64,000 nucleotides of DNA from Chloroflexota bacterium (lineage in GTDB: Bacteria; Chloroflexota; Anaerolineae; Anaerolineales; E44-bin32), in the NCBI GenBank assembly GCA_022561385.1, contig JADFRG010000004.1, forward strand, positions 18,822-82,821. The letters run 5' to 3'. The first letter of the stretch is position 1, and every line of letters starts with the position of its first letter. Shown here in pieces: positions 8,655 to 18,012 of the stretch. The translations under genes and the position numbers were made by a program. The notes under the pieces are model-generated. The model was not told the DNA's origin. It worked only from the letters and a program-made list of their open reading frames with translations, and did no database searches.

Positions 8655-10439
8655 ATGTTTGACTCGGAGATCCTCGAACTGACCGCTAGCCTCCGGGAAG
8701 CCTTGGATCGCGCCGACATCCCCTACCCAGAACAGATTCAGTGGAACCCCACTCCTTTTCGAGGCCGATGGGGCATCGGAACCGCGGTCGCGTTCCAAGC
8801 GGCCGCGCTCGAAAAGACCGCGGGCGATGTTCAAGAGCGTGCGCGGGAGATCGCGTCAATGGCCGCGCGCGAAATCGCTCTGCCCTCGGGATTTGAACTT
8901 GTACAGGCCGAGAAGGCGTACATCAACGCCTATTTTGATACCGCAATCTATGCCACACGTGTCGTCGACACCGTTTTGCAGCAGAAAGAAAATTTTGGCC
9001 GGGGCGCGCCAAAAGGCGAGCGCGTCATGGTGGAGTACGCCCAGCCGAATACCCACCACTCGTTTCACATCGGCCATGCGAGAAATACCGTGCTGGGAGA
9101 ATCCCTTGCCAGGCTCGTCGAATTCGCTGGCTTCGAGACCGTGCGAGCCTCCTACCCGGGAGATATCGGTCTGGGGGTGATCACTTGTGTCTGGGCTTAT
9201 AAAAAGTTTCATGACGGCCAGGAGCCTGAGGGCGTCCATGAGCGGGGCCAGTGGCTGGCCAAGATTTACTACGAAGCCAACCAGTTAGTGACCGCCAGAG
9301 AGGGCGAGACGGACGAGGAGCGCCAGCTGCGCGAACAATACGATGCGGAGCGCCGCGAGATGTTTCGCCTCTGGGACCGCGGGGACCCGGAGGTCCGCGA
9401 GCTGTGGCGGAGGACGCGGGAGTGGAGCCTGGCGGAACTCTACGACATTCTGGAGATGTTGGGTGCGGAGATCGACGTATTTTTCTTTGAGAGCGACATG
9501 GATGAACCGGCCAAAGAAATCGTCGAGGAACTCATTTCCCTCGGCATCGCGGAAGATGAGCGGCCGGAGGGTACGGTCTTCGTTAAGATTGACGAAAAAT
9601 TGAATCTGGATCGGGAGAAATATCGCACCTCGGTTCTCCTGCGACAGGACGGTACGACCCTCTATTCGGCCAAAGACCTCGCATTGGCGAAACGCAAGTT
9701 CGATTCCTACGACGTAGATCGATCGATATACGTCGTAGACGTCCGTCAGAGCCTGCATTTCGACCAGGTGTTCAAGATTCTCGAGCTTTGGGGGTTTGAA
9801 CAGGCCGCGAAGAGCCACCATCTCTCCTACGGCTTCGTGACTTTGCCCGGGGGAATGATGTCTTCCCGAATGGGGAACGTGGTGCTGTATATGGATGTTG
9901 CCACAGAGGCGCAGCGCCGCGTGCTCGATATTATTGCCGAAAAGAATCCCTCCCTTTCGGAGGAAGAACGGAGGGTAGTTGCGCGCCAGGTCGGGCTGGG
10001 TGCGCTGAACTATGCCCTGATTTCGGTGGACAACACGAAGGAGATCGTCTTCGATTGGGACAAAGCGTTGAGCTTCGAAGGCCGGTCGGCACCCTATATC
10101 CAGAACGCACACGTCAGAGCCAACAGCATCCTGAAAAAGTCGGAGGGGGTCCCGGATGCGGCCAGTTTCGACTACGAGCTTCTAGAAATGGAATTGGAAC
10201 TAATCGAGCGAATCTCTCAATTCCCCGATGTGGTCCAACGCGCCGCAAATGAATACAAGCCGTTGAACATGTCAAATTATGCCTATGAGCTGGCCAAGAC
10301 CTTTCATGGCTTCTATCACACGGTGCCCGTCCTGCGATCGGATCGGCGGGAGGCAAGAATTCGCTTGACCGCAGCCGCCAAGCAGACCCTCGCCAACAGC
10401 TTGCGGTTGTTGGATATCGAGCCCCCGGATCGAATGTAG
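8655..10439 (+). CDS. argS: Arginine--tRNA ligase
   Basis: VEYAQPN..HIGHARN (HIGH), MSSRMG (KMSKS-like), PYIQNAHVRANSIL and C-terminal RM. Confidence 0.95.
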   Translation: MFDSEILELTASLREALDRADIPYPEQIQWNPTPFRGRWGIGTAVAFQAAALEKTAGDVQERAREIASMAAREIALPSGFELVQAEKAYINAYFDTAIYATRVVDTVLQQKENFGRGAPKGERVMVEYAQPNTHHSFHIGHARNTVLGESLARLVEFAGFETVRASYPGDIGLGVITCVWAYKKFHDGQEPEGVHERGQWLAKIYYEANQLVTAREGETDEERQLREQYDAERREMFRLWDRGDPEVRELWRRTREWSLAELYDILEMLGAEIDVFFFESDMDEPAKEIVEELISLGIAEDERPEGTVFVKIDEKLNLDREKYRTSVLLRQDGTTLYSAKDLALAKRKFDSYDVDRSIYVVDVRQSLHFDQVFKILELWGFEQAAKSHHLSYGFVTLPGGMMSSRMGNVVLYMDVATEAQRRVLDIIAEKNPSLSEEERRVVARQVGLGALNYALISVDNTKEIVFDWDKALSFEGRSAPYIQNAHVRANSILKKSEGVPDAASFDYELLEMELELIERISQFPDVVQRAANEYKPLNMSNYAYELAKTFHGFYHTVPVLRSDRREARIRLTAAAKQTLANSLRLLDIEPPDRM

Positions 10440-10468
10440 CGGGCAGAAAGAAAGATGAACGAACTCTG

Positions 10469-11803
10469 ATGGAGCCAGACCGAGTCTTAATAATGGGAGC
10501 TGCAGGGCGAGATTTTCACAATTTCAACGTGTATTTTCGAGCCAATCCTGCCTACGAAGTTGTGGCCTTCACCGCTACCCAAATCCCGAACATTGAAGAT
10601 CGAACCTATCCGGCGGAGCTTGCCGGTGAGGCGTACCCGAACGGCATTCCGATCTACCCTGAAGAGCGGCTCGAAGCCCTGATCGAGTCGGAGCGAATTA
10701 CGCAGGTCGTCTTCGCTTATAGCGATGTTCCGCACACCTATGTGATGCACGTCGCCTCGCGAGTCTTGGCGGCAGGTGCTGATTTTCGAATGATGGGTTT
10801 AAAATCGACCCTGATCGAATCGTCCAAGCCGGTGGTCGCGATTTGTGCCGCCCGTACGGGGAGCGGAAAAAGCCAGACCAGCCGCAAAGTGGCCTCCATA
10901 TTGCGAGAACTCGGGCATAAGCTGGCGGTCGTTCGCCATCCGATGCCGTACGGTGATTTGAAGGCCCAGGCGGTGCAGCGTTTTGCCAACTTCGAAGATC
11001 TGGACCGCTACGCCTGCAGCATCGAGGAGCGGGAGGAATATGAGCCACACCTGGCCCAGGGCGCAGTGGTTTATGCCGGGGTGGACTACGAGGCGATATT
11101 GAGGGAGGCCGAGAGAGAGGCCGACGTTATCCTGTGGGACGGAGGCAACAACGACCTCCCCTTTTTCAAGAGCGATTTATGGATCGTGGTGGTGGACCCC
11201 CACCGGCCGGGGCATGAGTTGAGCTTCCACCCGGGAGAAGCCAACGTGCGCGCAGCGGACGTGGTTATTATCAACAAGGTCGACACCGCGGCAAAAGAGG
11301 ACACGGAAACAGTGCGCCAAAATGTGGCGATCTTGAATCCGCAGGCCGAAATAATCGAAGCCGCCTCCCCCATTCAAGTGGATAACCCGGATGCCATTCG
11401 CGGCAAGCGCGTCCTGGTAGTGGAAGACGGTCCCACCCTGACACACGGAGGGATGGCCTACGGAGCGGGCTGGATCGCGGCCGAGAAGTTTGGAGCCAAG
11501 GAGATTGTGGACCCGCGCCCTTATGCCCAGGGCTCCATATCCGAGGCCTACCGTAAATATCCCACCACCGGGATGGTGCTCCCTGCGATGGGCTACGGAC
11601 CGGAGCAAATGGAGGAATTGGAACAGACCATCAATTCTGCCGACGTTGAGGTCGTGGTCATCGGCACCCCGATTGACCTGGGCAAGCTACTTCACCTCGA
11701 CAAGCCCTATCAGAATGTCCGTTATGAATTGGAAGAACTCGGCAAACCCCGTCTCCCGGAGATCCTGGAGGAGCGGTTTGGCCGAGGATCTGAAGCCGCA
11801 TGA
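10469..11803 (+). CDS. COG2403 P-loop NTPase (often labelled cyclic 2,3-diphosphoglycerate synthetase-like/GTPase); probable arginine synthetase ArcE homolog
   Basis: IMGAAGRDFHNFN, FTATQIP, RTGSGKSQTSR, RHPMPYG, WDGGNND and EDGPTLTHGGM. Confidence 0.75.
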   Translation: MEPDRVLIMGAAGRDFHNFNVYFRANPAYEVVAFTATQIPNIEDRTYPAELAGEAYPNGIPIYPEERLEALIESERITQVVFAYSDVPHTYVMHVASRVLAAGADFRMMGLKSTLIESSKPVVAICAARTGSGKSQTSRKVASILRELGHKLAVVRHPMPYGDLKAQAVQRFANFEDLDRYACSIEEREEYEPHLAQGAVVYAGVDYEAILREAEREADVILWDGGNNDLPFFKSDLWIVVVDPHRPGHELSFHPGEANVRAADVVIINKVDTAAKEDTETVRQNVAILNPQAEIIEAASPIQVDNPDAIRGKRVLVVEDGPTLTHGGMAYGAGWIAAEKFGAKEIVDPRPYAQGSISEAYRKYPTTGMVLPAMGYGPEQMEELEQTINSADVEVVVIGTPIDLGKLLHLDKPYQNVRYELEELGKPRLPEILEERFGRGSEAA

Positions 11804-13065
11804 GTCACAACCACCCCGTGCTGCAGTGGCAGGGTAAACAGGCGGTTTATCCCCCGCCGCTTCAGCTGGTCCAGAGCGCGTTGGTCCTGCCCGAAGAACC
11901 CCCCGAGCTGAACGGTTCGCGACTCATTGAGGGCGAGAATTTGGCCGTCATGAGCGCACTGCTGGCTGACTTTGAAGGAAAAATCGACCTCATTTACGTT
12001 GACCCCCCATTTCTATCGGGGAAGTCGTACAGGGTGCGAACTGGCCGAAAGGAAGATTCCCGCCACCCAGAAAACTGGAAAACTGCCGAAGGCTTCCAAG
12101 ACGAATGGCGCGATCGTGCGGACTATCTCAACATGCTCTATAGCCGACTCCGCCTCATGCACTCATTACTGGCCGAAACCGGAAGCTTGTACCTGCACCT
12201 GGATTGGCACGCCGCCGCGTACGCCCGGGTGCTCCTGGACGAAATATTTGGCCCCGACCGTCTCCTGAATGAGATCATCTGGACCTATCATGGGCCCTCC
12301 CCGATCCGAAGCGCATTCAAGCGAAAACACGACACCTTGTATGTCTATACGAAATCCAAGGAGTACACGTTTAATGCGGACGCCGTGCGAGTTCCCTACG
12401 ATGCCGCCACGGTCAAAACCTTTTCTTCGCCGAAGGCCGGCTTCGGAAAGCGGCCTGACCTCGCGCGCGGCAAAGTGCCCGAGGACTGGTGGTACTTCCC
12501 AGTAGTGGCGCGAATGCATCGTGAGCGCACCGGCTATCCGACTCAGAAGCCAGAAGCGCTGCTGGAGCGCATCATCCGCGCTTCCAGCAATTCGGGTGAC
12601 CTGGTGGCCGATTTTTTCTGCGGGTCCGGAACGTGCGTAACTGTGGCACGACGGCTGGGACGCCGGTGGCTGGGATGCGACATATCCCCTCTTGCAATAA
12701 ATACCACGCGCCGCCGGCTGCTGCTCGAGCCCGAAGCGGGAGGCTTCGGCGTCTGGGTAGGCAGGGATCGTCAGGAACATCATACTTTGCACCCCAAAAT
12801 CGAAATCACGTCCGATAATTTGAATGTGGAAGCTCGACTGACGAATCTTGAGCCGGAGGCCCTAATTGCTCTGGAGTTTGATTGGGATTTTGATGGCCAT
12901 CTGTTTCGAAGTCGGGCACAATCTATTAAGGGCTGGCGGCAGGAAACTATCAACACTCGGCTCGGACATTCTTATCCCAGGGCCGGAAACTATGTAGTTG
13001 CCGCACGGGCGGTCGACGCCGAGGGACAAACCGGTCTGGCGACCGAGCGCGTACAAGTGGGTTAG
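11800..13065 (+). CDS. Beta-class amino (m6A/m4C) DNA methyltransferase with C-terminal PKD/Ig-like domain
   Basis: DLIYVDPPF precedes YPTQKPEALL and DFFCGSGT; tail DWDFDG..H-x-Y-x-x-AG-x-Y..AVD. Confidence 0.9.
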   Translation: MSHNHPVLQWQGKQAVYPPPLQLVQSALVLPEEPPELNGSRLIEGENLAVMSALLADFEGKIDLIYVDPPFLSGKSYRVRTGRKEDSRHPENWKTAEGFQDEWRDRADYLNMLYSRLRLMHSLLAETGSLYLHLDWHAAAYARVLLDEIFGPDRLLNEIIWTYHGPSPIRSAFKRKHDTLYVYTKSKEYTFNADAVRVPYDAATVKTFSSPKAGFGKRPDLARGKVPEDWWYFPVVARMHRERTGYPTQKPEALLERIIRASSNSGDLVADFFCGSGTCVTVARRLGRRWLGCDISPLAINTTRRRLLLEPEAGGFGVWVGRDRQEHHTLHPKIEITSDNLNVEARLTNLEPEALIALEFDWDFDGHLFRSRAQSIKGWRQETINTRLGHSYPRAGNYVVAARAVDAEGQTGLATERVQVG

Positions 13066-13086
13066 AGACCAGCCCCGCTCACAATG

Positions 13087-13115
13087 AAAAAAGCGCACCG
13101 ATATCGGTGCGCTTT
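13087..13115. terminator. Bidirectional intrinsic terminator between convergent genes
   Basis: Perfect palindrome AAAGCGCACCGAT/ATCGGTGCGCTTT with A6 on the left. Confidence 0.8.
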
Positions 13116-13138
13116 CTGATTCATAGTGACTTTACTGG

Positions 13139-13804
13139 CTAAACAGGAAGATCAAATCGATATCCCATCCCCCGGATGGTATGCAAGAATTCAGGCGCAC
13201 TGGGATCTCTTTCAATCGCATGCCGCAGCCAGCTCATATGCACATCGAGAGTCCTCGTGTCTCCGGTGTAGTCGGTGAGCCAGATCTCTCGGATCAGCTT
13301 CTTCCGAGTCAGCAGCTTCCCGGGATTATGCATAAATAACTCAAGCAGCTTGGCCTGCTTGGGTGTCAGCCTCGCTTCTTTGCCGTTGACTCGGACCTTC
13401 CGCTGGGCCAAGTTGAGCTTCACAGGGCCAGCTTTAAGAACGTATCGTTCATCTCCCGGGAGGAGTCTGATGACCCGGTTGACCAATTTCCGAGGCGTAA
13501 ACGGCTGGACGAGTGTTACGCTCGATCCGTTTCCGGGATCCGGCTGCGTGCCGCTGGGTGAAATCAGGATAATTGGAACGCCATCCAAACTCGCGCGCGC
13601 GGTGCGGGACATGCGGGAACCGCTCGTTCGCATCGAGGCCGCGTCCAGGATCAATACATCCGGAGTGGTTTTGCTCGCGGCTCTAATTCCTCTGTCCACT
13701 TTATGATGGACGGTGACATCGAAGCCTTTCTTCTCGAGCGGCGCTGCGAACGAGGGTGCGCTCGGCCGGCCGCTCTCGACCAGAAGGATTTTCGCTATCG
13801 CCAT
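13139..13804 (-). CDS. OmpR/PhoB-family response regulator with atypical receiver
   Basis: wHTH tail LTPKQAKLL..TRTLDVHMSWLR..TIRGMGYRF; receiver-like N-terminus. Confidence 0.85.
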   Translation of the reverse strand: MAIAKILLVESGRPSAPSFAAPLEKKGFDVTVHHKVDRGIRAASKTTPDVLILDAASMRTSGSRMSRTARASLDGVPIILISPSGTQPDPGNGSSVTLVQPFTPRKLVNRVIRLLPGDERYVLKAGPVKLNLAQRKVRVNGKEARLTPKQAKLLELFMHNPGKLLTRKKLIREIWLTDYTGDTRTLDVHMSWLRHAIERDPSAPEFLHTIRGMGYRFDLPV

Positions 13805-13903
13805 TCAGTGAGGCCCCCAGCTAAAAGAACTCGGCAGCGGAGGAATTTCTCGCTGCCTGTATTGGCCATTATACATGAGCGACATTGGTGCATCAATGAG
13901 AGT

Positions 13904-14989
13904 TTAGTTTAGCGGGTCGAATCGGTACAAATCTTCAATCGAATGGAGCTGCTCGCTCGATTGGGTGCGACTCGCTCCCCCTCCCTCCTCGGGGCTGCGT
14001 CCTCCGCCGAATCCTCGAAATGGCCGCTCGCCGATCCGGTCCATCAACGAATTCGCGTAAGCCACCGGGCCGACCCACAAGGCCAATGGGCTTAAATCTT
14101 CACGCAGCCTGTCCGAGCCGTGCCGCCATTGACTCCGGATAACATACCGGCCGATCCGTCGGGCTGCCTGTTCGATTTCACGCTCCCGTTGTGATGCGCG
14201 ACCACCGGCACTCAACATCCAGATTGGAAGCCGGGAAGGTTCGCTAAAGTACTCCAGGTGGGCCCATTCCTCAAGCTCCTGAGCCGACGCAGATTGGCCA
14301 GCCGCCTCGATTACTTTCGCCGACGCAAACATCGCCGCCCCGCGAACGGGCCCGGAGCCCAAGAAAAGAATTGGCCGGGTAGGATCGACCTGTTGCGCGG
14401 CTGCGCGCCCTAACTCCGATTCGCCTTCAGCCCATTCCGACAGCGCCTCGGGCAGGGATTGGACGGCCTCGTCGACCTCTTCCTTGAGCCTTGGCTTCGA
14501 TAGATGAATTCCAATCGCATAACCTGCCATGAGTCCGGCCAGGTAGCTAATCAGACCTGGGCCCTCAGTTGGACTGGGTAAGTCGAGGGAGAATGTGTCG
14601 TCGACGGTGGTTGCGAGGGTGCTATGTTGATCAGCCGTAATCCCCAACGTGCGGGCCCCCAGGTCTTTGGCCAGCCGGATGGCCTCGATCGTGCGGGCGG
14701 TTTCTCCGGAGGCGGAAATCCCCACCACCAGTAGGCCTTCGCCTGTTGATCGGGGAATCGTGTATCGTGCAGCTTCCATGGCGTGAAGTCCCTGCACCGG
14801 CCGACCGGTCCAATTTGTGATTGCATACGCCAGGGAGTAAGCCGCGTGGTGCGAGTCACCGCAGCCACAGAGGATAATCTCGTGGAAGTCCGGTGCGAGA
14901 ATGTGCGCGGCTTTTTCCTTGGCCTGAGGCCAAAACTGTTGGATAAATTGGGAGGCAGCTGCTGACTGAAGGTCTAATGACGTGGGCAA
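13904..14989 (-). CDS. Double-SIS sugar-phosphate isomerase/deglycase (GlmS C-terminal/FrlB-like); start uncertain
   Basis: GCGDSHHAA, ISASGET, FLGSGP..AKVIE and EEWAH; TTG at 14989 avoids overlap with the divergent kinase. Confidence 0.8.
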   Translation of the reverse strand: MPTSLDLQSAAASQFIQQFWPQAKEKAAHILAPDFHEIILCGCGDSHHAAYSLAYAITNWTGRPVQGLHAMEAARYTIPRSTGEGLLVVGISASGETARTIEAIRLAKDLGARTLGITADQHSTLATTVDDTFSLDLPSPTEGPGLISYLAGLMAGYAIGIHLSKPRLKEEVDEAVQSLPEALSEWAEGESELGRAAAQQVDPTRPILFLGSGPVRGAAMFASAKVIEAAGQSASAQELEEWAHLEYFSEPSRLPIWMLSAGGRASQREREIEQAARRIGRYVIRSQWRHGSDRLREDLSPLALWVGPVAYANSLMDRIGERPFRGFGGGRSPEEGGGASRTQSSEQLHSIEDLYRFDPLN

Positions 14990-15007
14990 TTCAGTATAAT
15001 GCGAGGG

Positions 15008-16012
15008 ATGTCGGTCCGTTACCTCATCATCGGAGGGCTTCGGGAAGACTATTATATCACCCACGATGGCCAGGCCCGATCCGCCGTGCTCGGCGGCAAT
15101 GCAGTGTATGCCGCTGCTGGAGCCGCTCTTTGGTCCGATTCGGTCGGCTTAGTCGGCCGCGTAGGATCTAACTTCCCGACCCAGTGGTTGGACGCGATCG
15201 CGCGCGCGGGGTTGGACATCAGCGGGATCAAGGTGCTTCCGGATCCGCAAGATACCCGAACGTTTTACGCGTACCTCTCACTCGAGGATCGAGTGGATAC
15301 AAGCCCAAACCTGCATTACCAACGCGCAGGACTTCCTCTGCCCAAAGCGCTTGTTGATTACGTTTCCTCGACCGAGGGGCAGCACTCGAAAGACAGGCTC
15401 GGCCCACTCGCCGTTCAGCCTGCAGATATCCCTGACACGGCAGGATCCGCTGTTGCGGCTCATCTTGCGCCGGGAGACTACCTCACTCATAGCATCGTCC
15501 CGGCCCGATTACGCGAGCTAGGGGTCGGCCCCATTACGGTTGATCCTTCTGTTCGTTACATGGAGCCCGAATTCAGAAGAGAGCTGCCCAACCTCTTGAA
15601 GGGGCTAGCGGCCTTCTTGCCCAGTGAATCAGAAATTCAATCTTATTTTCAGCCGCGGCCGCCTGACCTGTGGGAGATGGCCGAGAGCCTGTCTGAGCTT
15701 GGCTGCCCGATTGTTGGCATCAAGCGCGGCGGCGCAGGACTGTACCTCTGGGATCGGGCGGAGGGCCGACGCTGGCATATTCCAGCCTACCCGTCTCGGG
15801 TCGTCGACGTTACGGGTGCCGGAGACGCGTTCTGCGGCGGTTTCCTGGTGGGCCTAAGCGAGACTGCCGATGTACTTGAGGCCGGCCTCATGGGAAGTGT
15901 TTCCGCCTCGCTCGCGATTGAGGGCGCCACGGCGCTATATGTTATGGGCGCCGCGCCAGGCCTTCCCCAGGCCAGGCTAGATGCGCTGCGGCCCACGGCG
16001 CGCTTGATCTAG
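15008..16012 (+). CDS. PfkB-family carbohydrate kinase
   Basis: LGGNAVYAAAG and VVDVTGAGDAFCGGF (PfkB signature 2). Confidence 0.9.
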   Translation: MSVRYLIIGGLREDYYITHDGQARSAVLGGNAVYAAAGAALWSDSVGLVGRVGSNFPTQWLDAIARAGLDISGIKVLPDPQDTRTFYAYLSLEDRVDTSPNLHYQRAGLPLPKALVDYVSSTEGQHSKDRLGPLAVQPADIPDTAGSAVAAHLAPGDYLTHSIVPARLRELGVGPITVDPSVRYMEPEFRRELPNLLKGLAAFLPSESEIQSYFQPRPPDLWEMAESLSELGCPIVGIKRGGAGLYLWDRAEGRRWHIPAYPSRVVDVTGAGDAFCGGFLVGLSETADVLEAGLMGSVSASLAIEGATALYVMGAAPGLPQARLDALRPTARLI

Positions 16013-16014
16013 CC

Positions 16015-17115
16015 ATGGATCTTGATCGCTGGATAGAACTAACGCTCGCGATACAGTCCATTCCTGCCCCAACTTTCGGTGAATCCGAGCGGGCAGCCTT
16101 TCTGCGCTCCGAGTTCAAGGCATTGGGCACGATTCGGGTGGATCAGGATGAAATCGGGAACATCTTCGCGCTCATACCTGGGGCCGACGCCCCACCCCTG
16201 ATCGTCTCTGCTCATCTCGATACCGTCTTCCCAAGCAAAACAGAGCTGATTCATCGCCGAACCCGATCGCGCATAATTGGACCCGGGGTCGGGGACAATT
16301 CGGTGGCGCTGGCCGCCCTCCTTGAGCTTGGCCGTGACCTGCAGGATCGAAAGTTGGCGGGGGACGTTTGGCTTGTCGCCAACGTAGGCGAGGAAGGTTT
16401 AGGTAACTTGCGCGGCATGCGAGAGGTAGTTGCTCGGTTTGGCGACCAGGTCACCGCGTATCTTGTTCTGGAAGGGATGGCACTGGGGCACATATACCAT
16501 CGTGCGCTGCCCGTTCGGAGATATCGTGTCACCATTCGCACCAAAGGGGGGCATGCCTGGATTCATGCCGGCCGGACCTCGGCCCTTCACAAGCTGCTGG
16601 AAGTCGGAATGCGACTGCTAGAGCTCCCGATTCCCGACGCGCCGCGCACAACGCTGAATATCGGCCGCATGGAGGGTGGACTCTCTATCAACAGCATCGC
16701 CGATGCGGCGGTACTTGAAATCGACGTGCGGTCGGAATCTGAGGCTACTCTCGAGGAACTGGATCGCCAATTAATGGAATTGGTCACGAAGTTCCACTCG
16801 AATCGAGCCAAGGTGGAGCTGACGCTTGTGGGATCTCGTCCGGGAGGTGATCTGGCCGCCGATCACCCTCTGGTTATGGCTGCCCTCCAATCATTGACCA
16901 AAGCAGGCGAACGAGATGTTTACCTCGAATACGGCTCGACTGACGCGAACGTGCCGCTCAATCGGGGCATTCCTGCGGTGTGTGTGGGGATCACCAAGGG
17001 CGGAGAGGCGCACACCGCCCGCGAGTACATCGATATCCGGCCTATGCGAAAAGGTTACACGGCCGTTCTGGATCTTATCGAGATGACCTTTTCATTAAAC
17101 GGTATATCGACCTAG
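16015..17115 (+). CDS. M20/M25/M40-family metallohydrolase
   Basis: SAHLDTV, GVGDN, GEEGLG, GGHAW, GSTDAN and AHT metal-ligand motifs. Confidence 0.9.
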   Translation: MDLDRWIELTLAIQSIPAPTFGESERAAFLRSEFKALGTIRVDQDEIGNIFALIPGADAPPLIVSAHLDTVFPSKTELIHRRTRSRIIGPGVGDNSVALAALLELGRDLQDRKLAGDVWLVANVGEEGLGNLRGMREVVARFGDQVTAYLVLEGMALGHIYHRALPVRRYRVTIRTKGGHAWIHAGRTSALHKLLEVGMRLLELPIPDAPRTTLNIGRMEGGLSINSIADAAVLEIDVRSESEATLEELDRQLMELVTKFHSNRAKVELTLVGSRPGGDLAADHPLVMAALQSLTKAGERDVYLEYGSTDANVPLNRGIPAVCVGITKGGEAHTAREYIDIRPMRKGYTAVLDLIEMTFSLNGIST

Positions 17116-17138
17116 TCGAGCCTGGTCGCTTCGAGCCT

Positions 17139-17933
17139 TCAGGACGTGGGCGAGGGGGTCGGCGTTGGAGCGGATCCGTCGATCCTGAAACGGGACGAGA
17201 CGATCCAGTTTTTTCCAAGAAACATCTGCACTTCATATTCTCCCGGTAGCCACCCCTGCAGGGGCTCACACTCCGTATAGCCGTAGCCTCCGGTCCCTCC
17301 ATCCCAGGGCTTGGTTTCGGAGCAGACAATCGAGGATTCCAAATACCAGATCGCCGTCCATCGCACGCCATCCTCCAAGAAATCGTAGGTGAAGGCACCG
17401 AATAAGATACCGATCGGATTCTCAAACCCGGTGGCAGGAGCGATCGCACGGTTTAAGGTATCCAGATTACGGCTGATTTCAATCGTGCTGAAGACGGCCT
17501 CCGGCCGCGGCGTGATGGTTTCCCTGAACAACACGGTCAGGCCTTCAGGGATCTCAGGCGTTGAGGTAGCGGAGGGGGTAGGCGTGATACTGGCGGTCGG
17601 AGTGACGGAGGCAGTCGGCGTAATCGAAGGAGGCAGGGTGAGAGTCGGAGTGGGCGTGAGGGTCGGAGTAGGGGTATTCGAGGGAGTTGGCGTCACGATT
17701 ACCGCTACCGCCTGCGGACCGAACACGCGCGTCACCAATCCGAAAAAACCGAGCGCAAATCCAAGCAGAATGAGCCGCCATCCTTCTCGAATACGCTGGC
17801 TGCGCAGGGTGAAGAATGGGATGGCTTGTGCACCGCGCAGGGTGCGCCACCCAAGCCAAAGCAACAAGGGCATGGACAGGGAGAACAAGGCCACTACGAT
17901 GGCAATGGCCGAATCAAGAGTGCCCAGAAGCAA
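17139..17933 (-). CDS. Hypothetical membrane protein: two TM helices, TP-repeat linker, beta-rich extracellular domain
   Basis: Hydrophobic N-terminus, TPTPSNTPTPTLTPTP linker, PGEYEVQMF-type Ig-like strand. Confidence 0.65.
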   Translation of the reverse strand: MLLGTLDSAIAIVVALFSLSMPLLLWLGWRTLRGAQAIPFFTLRSQRIREGWRLILLGFALGFFGLVTRVFGPQAVAVIVTPTPSNTPTPTLTPTPTLTLPPSITPTASVTPTASITPTPSATSTPEIPEGLTVLFRETITPRPEAVFSTIEISRNLDTLNRAIAPATGFENPIGILFGAFTYDFLEDGVRWTAIWYLESSIVCSETKPWDGGTGGYGYTECEPLQGWLPGEYEVQMFLGKNWIVSSRFRIDGSAPTPTPSPTS

Positions 17934-18012
17934 ATCCTCCGCAAGGATTGAAGGTCGATGGTACGGATCGGGTGCGCTGAGTTACAGGGGGTCGAGGCGA
18001 AGATCCATCGGG

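Noticed and set aside
9285-10112. Long antisense ORFs (also 17389-18195, 26048-26893, 27938-28816, 49352-50038)
   Set aside because: Shadow frames of well-supported genes in GC-rich DNA, with no recognisable motifs
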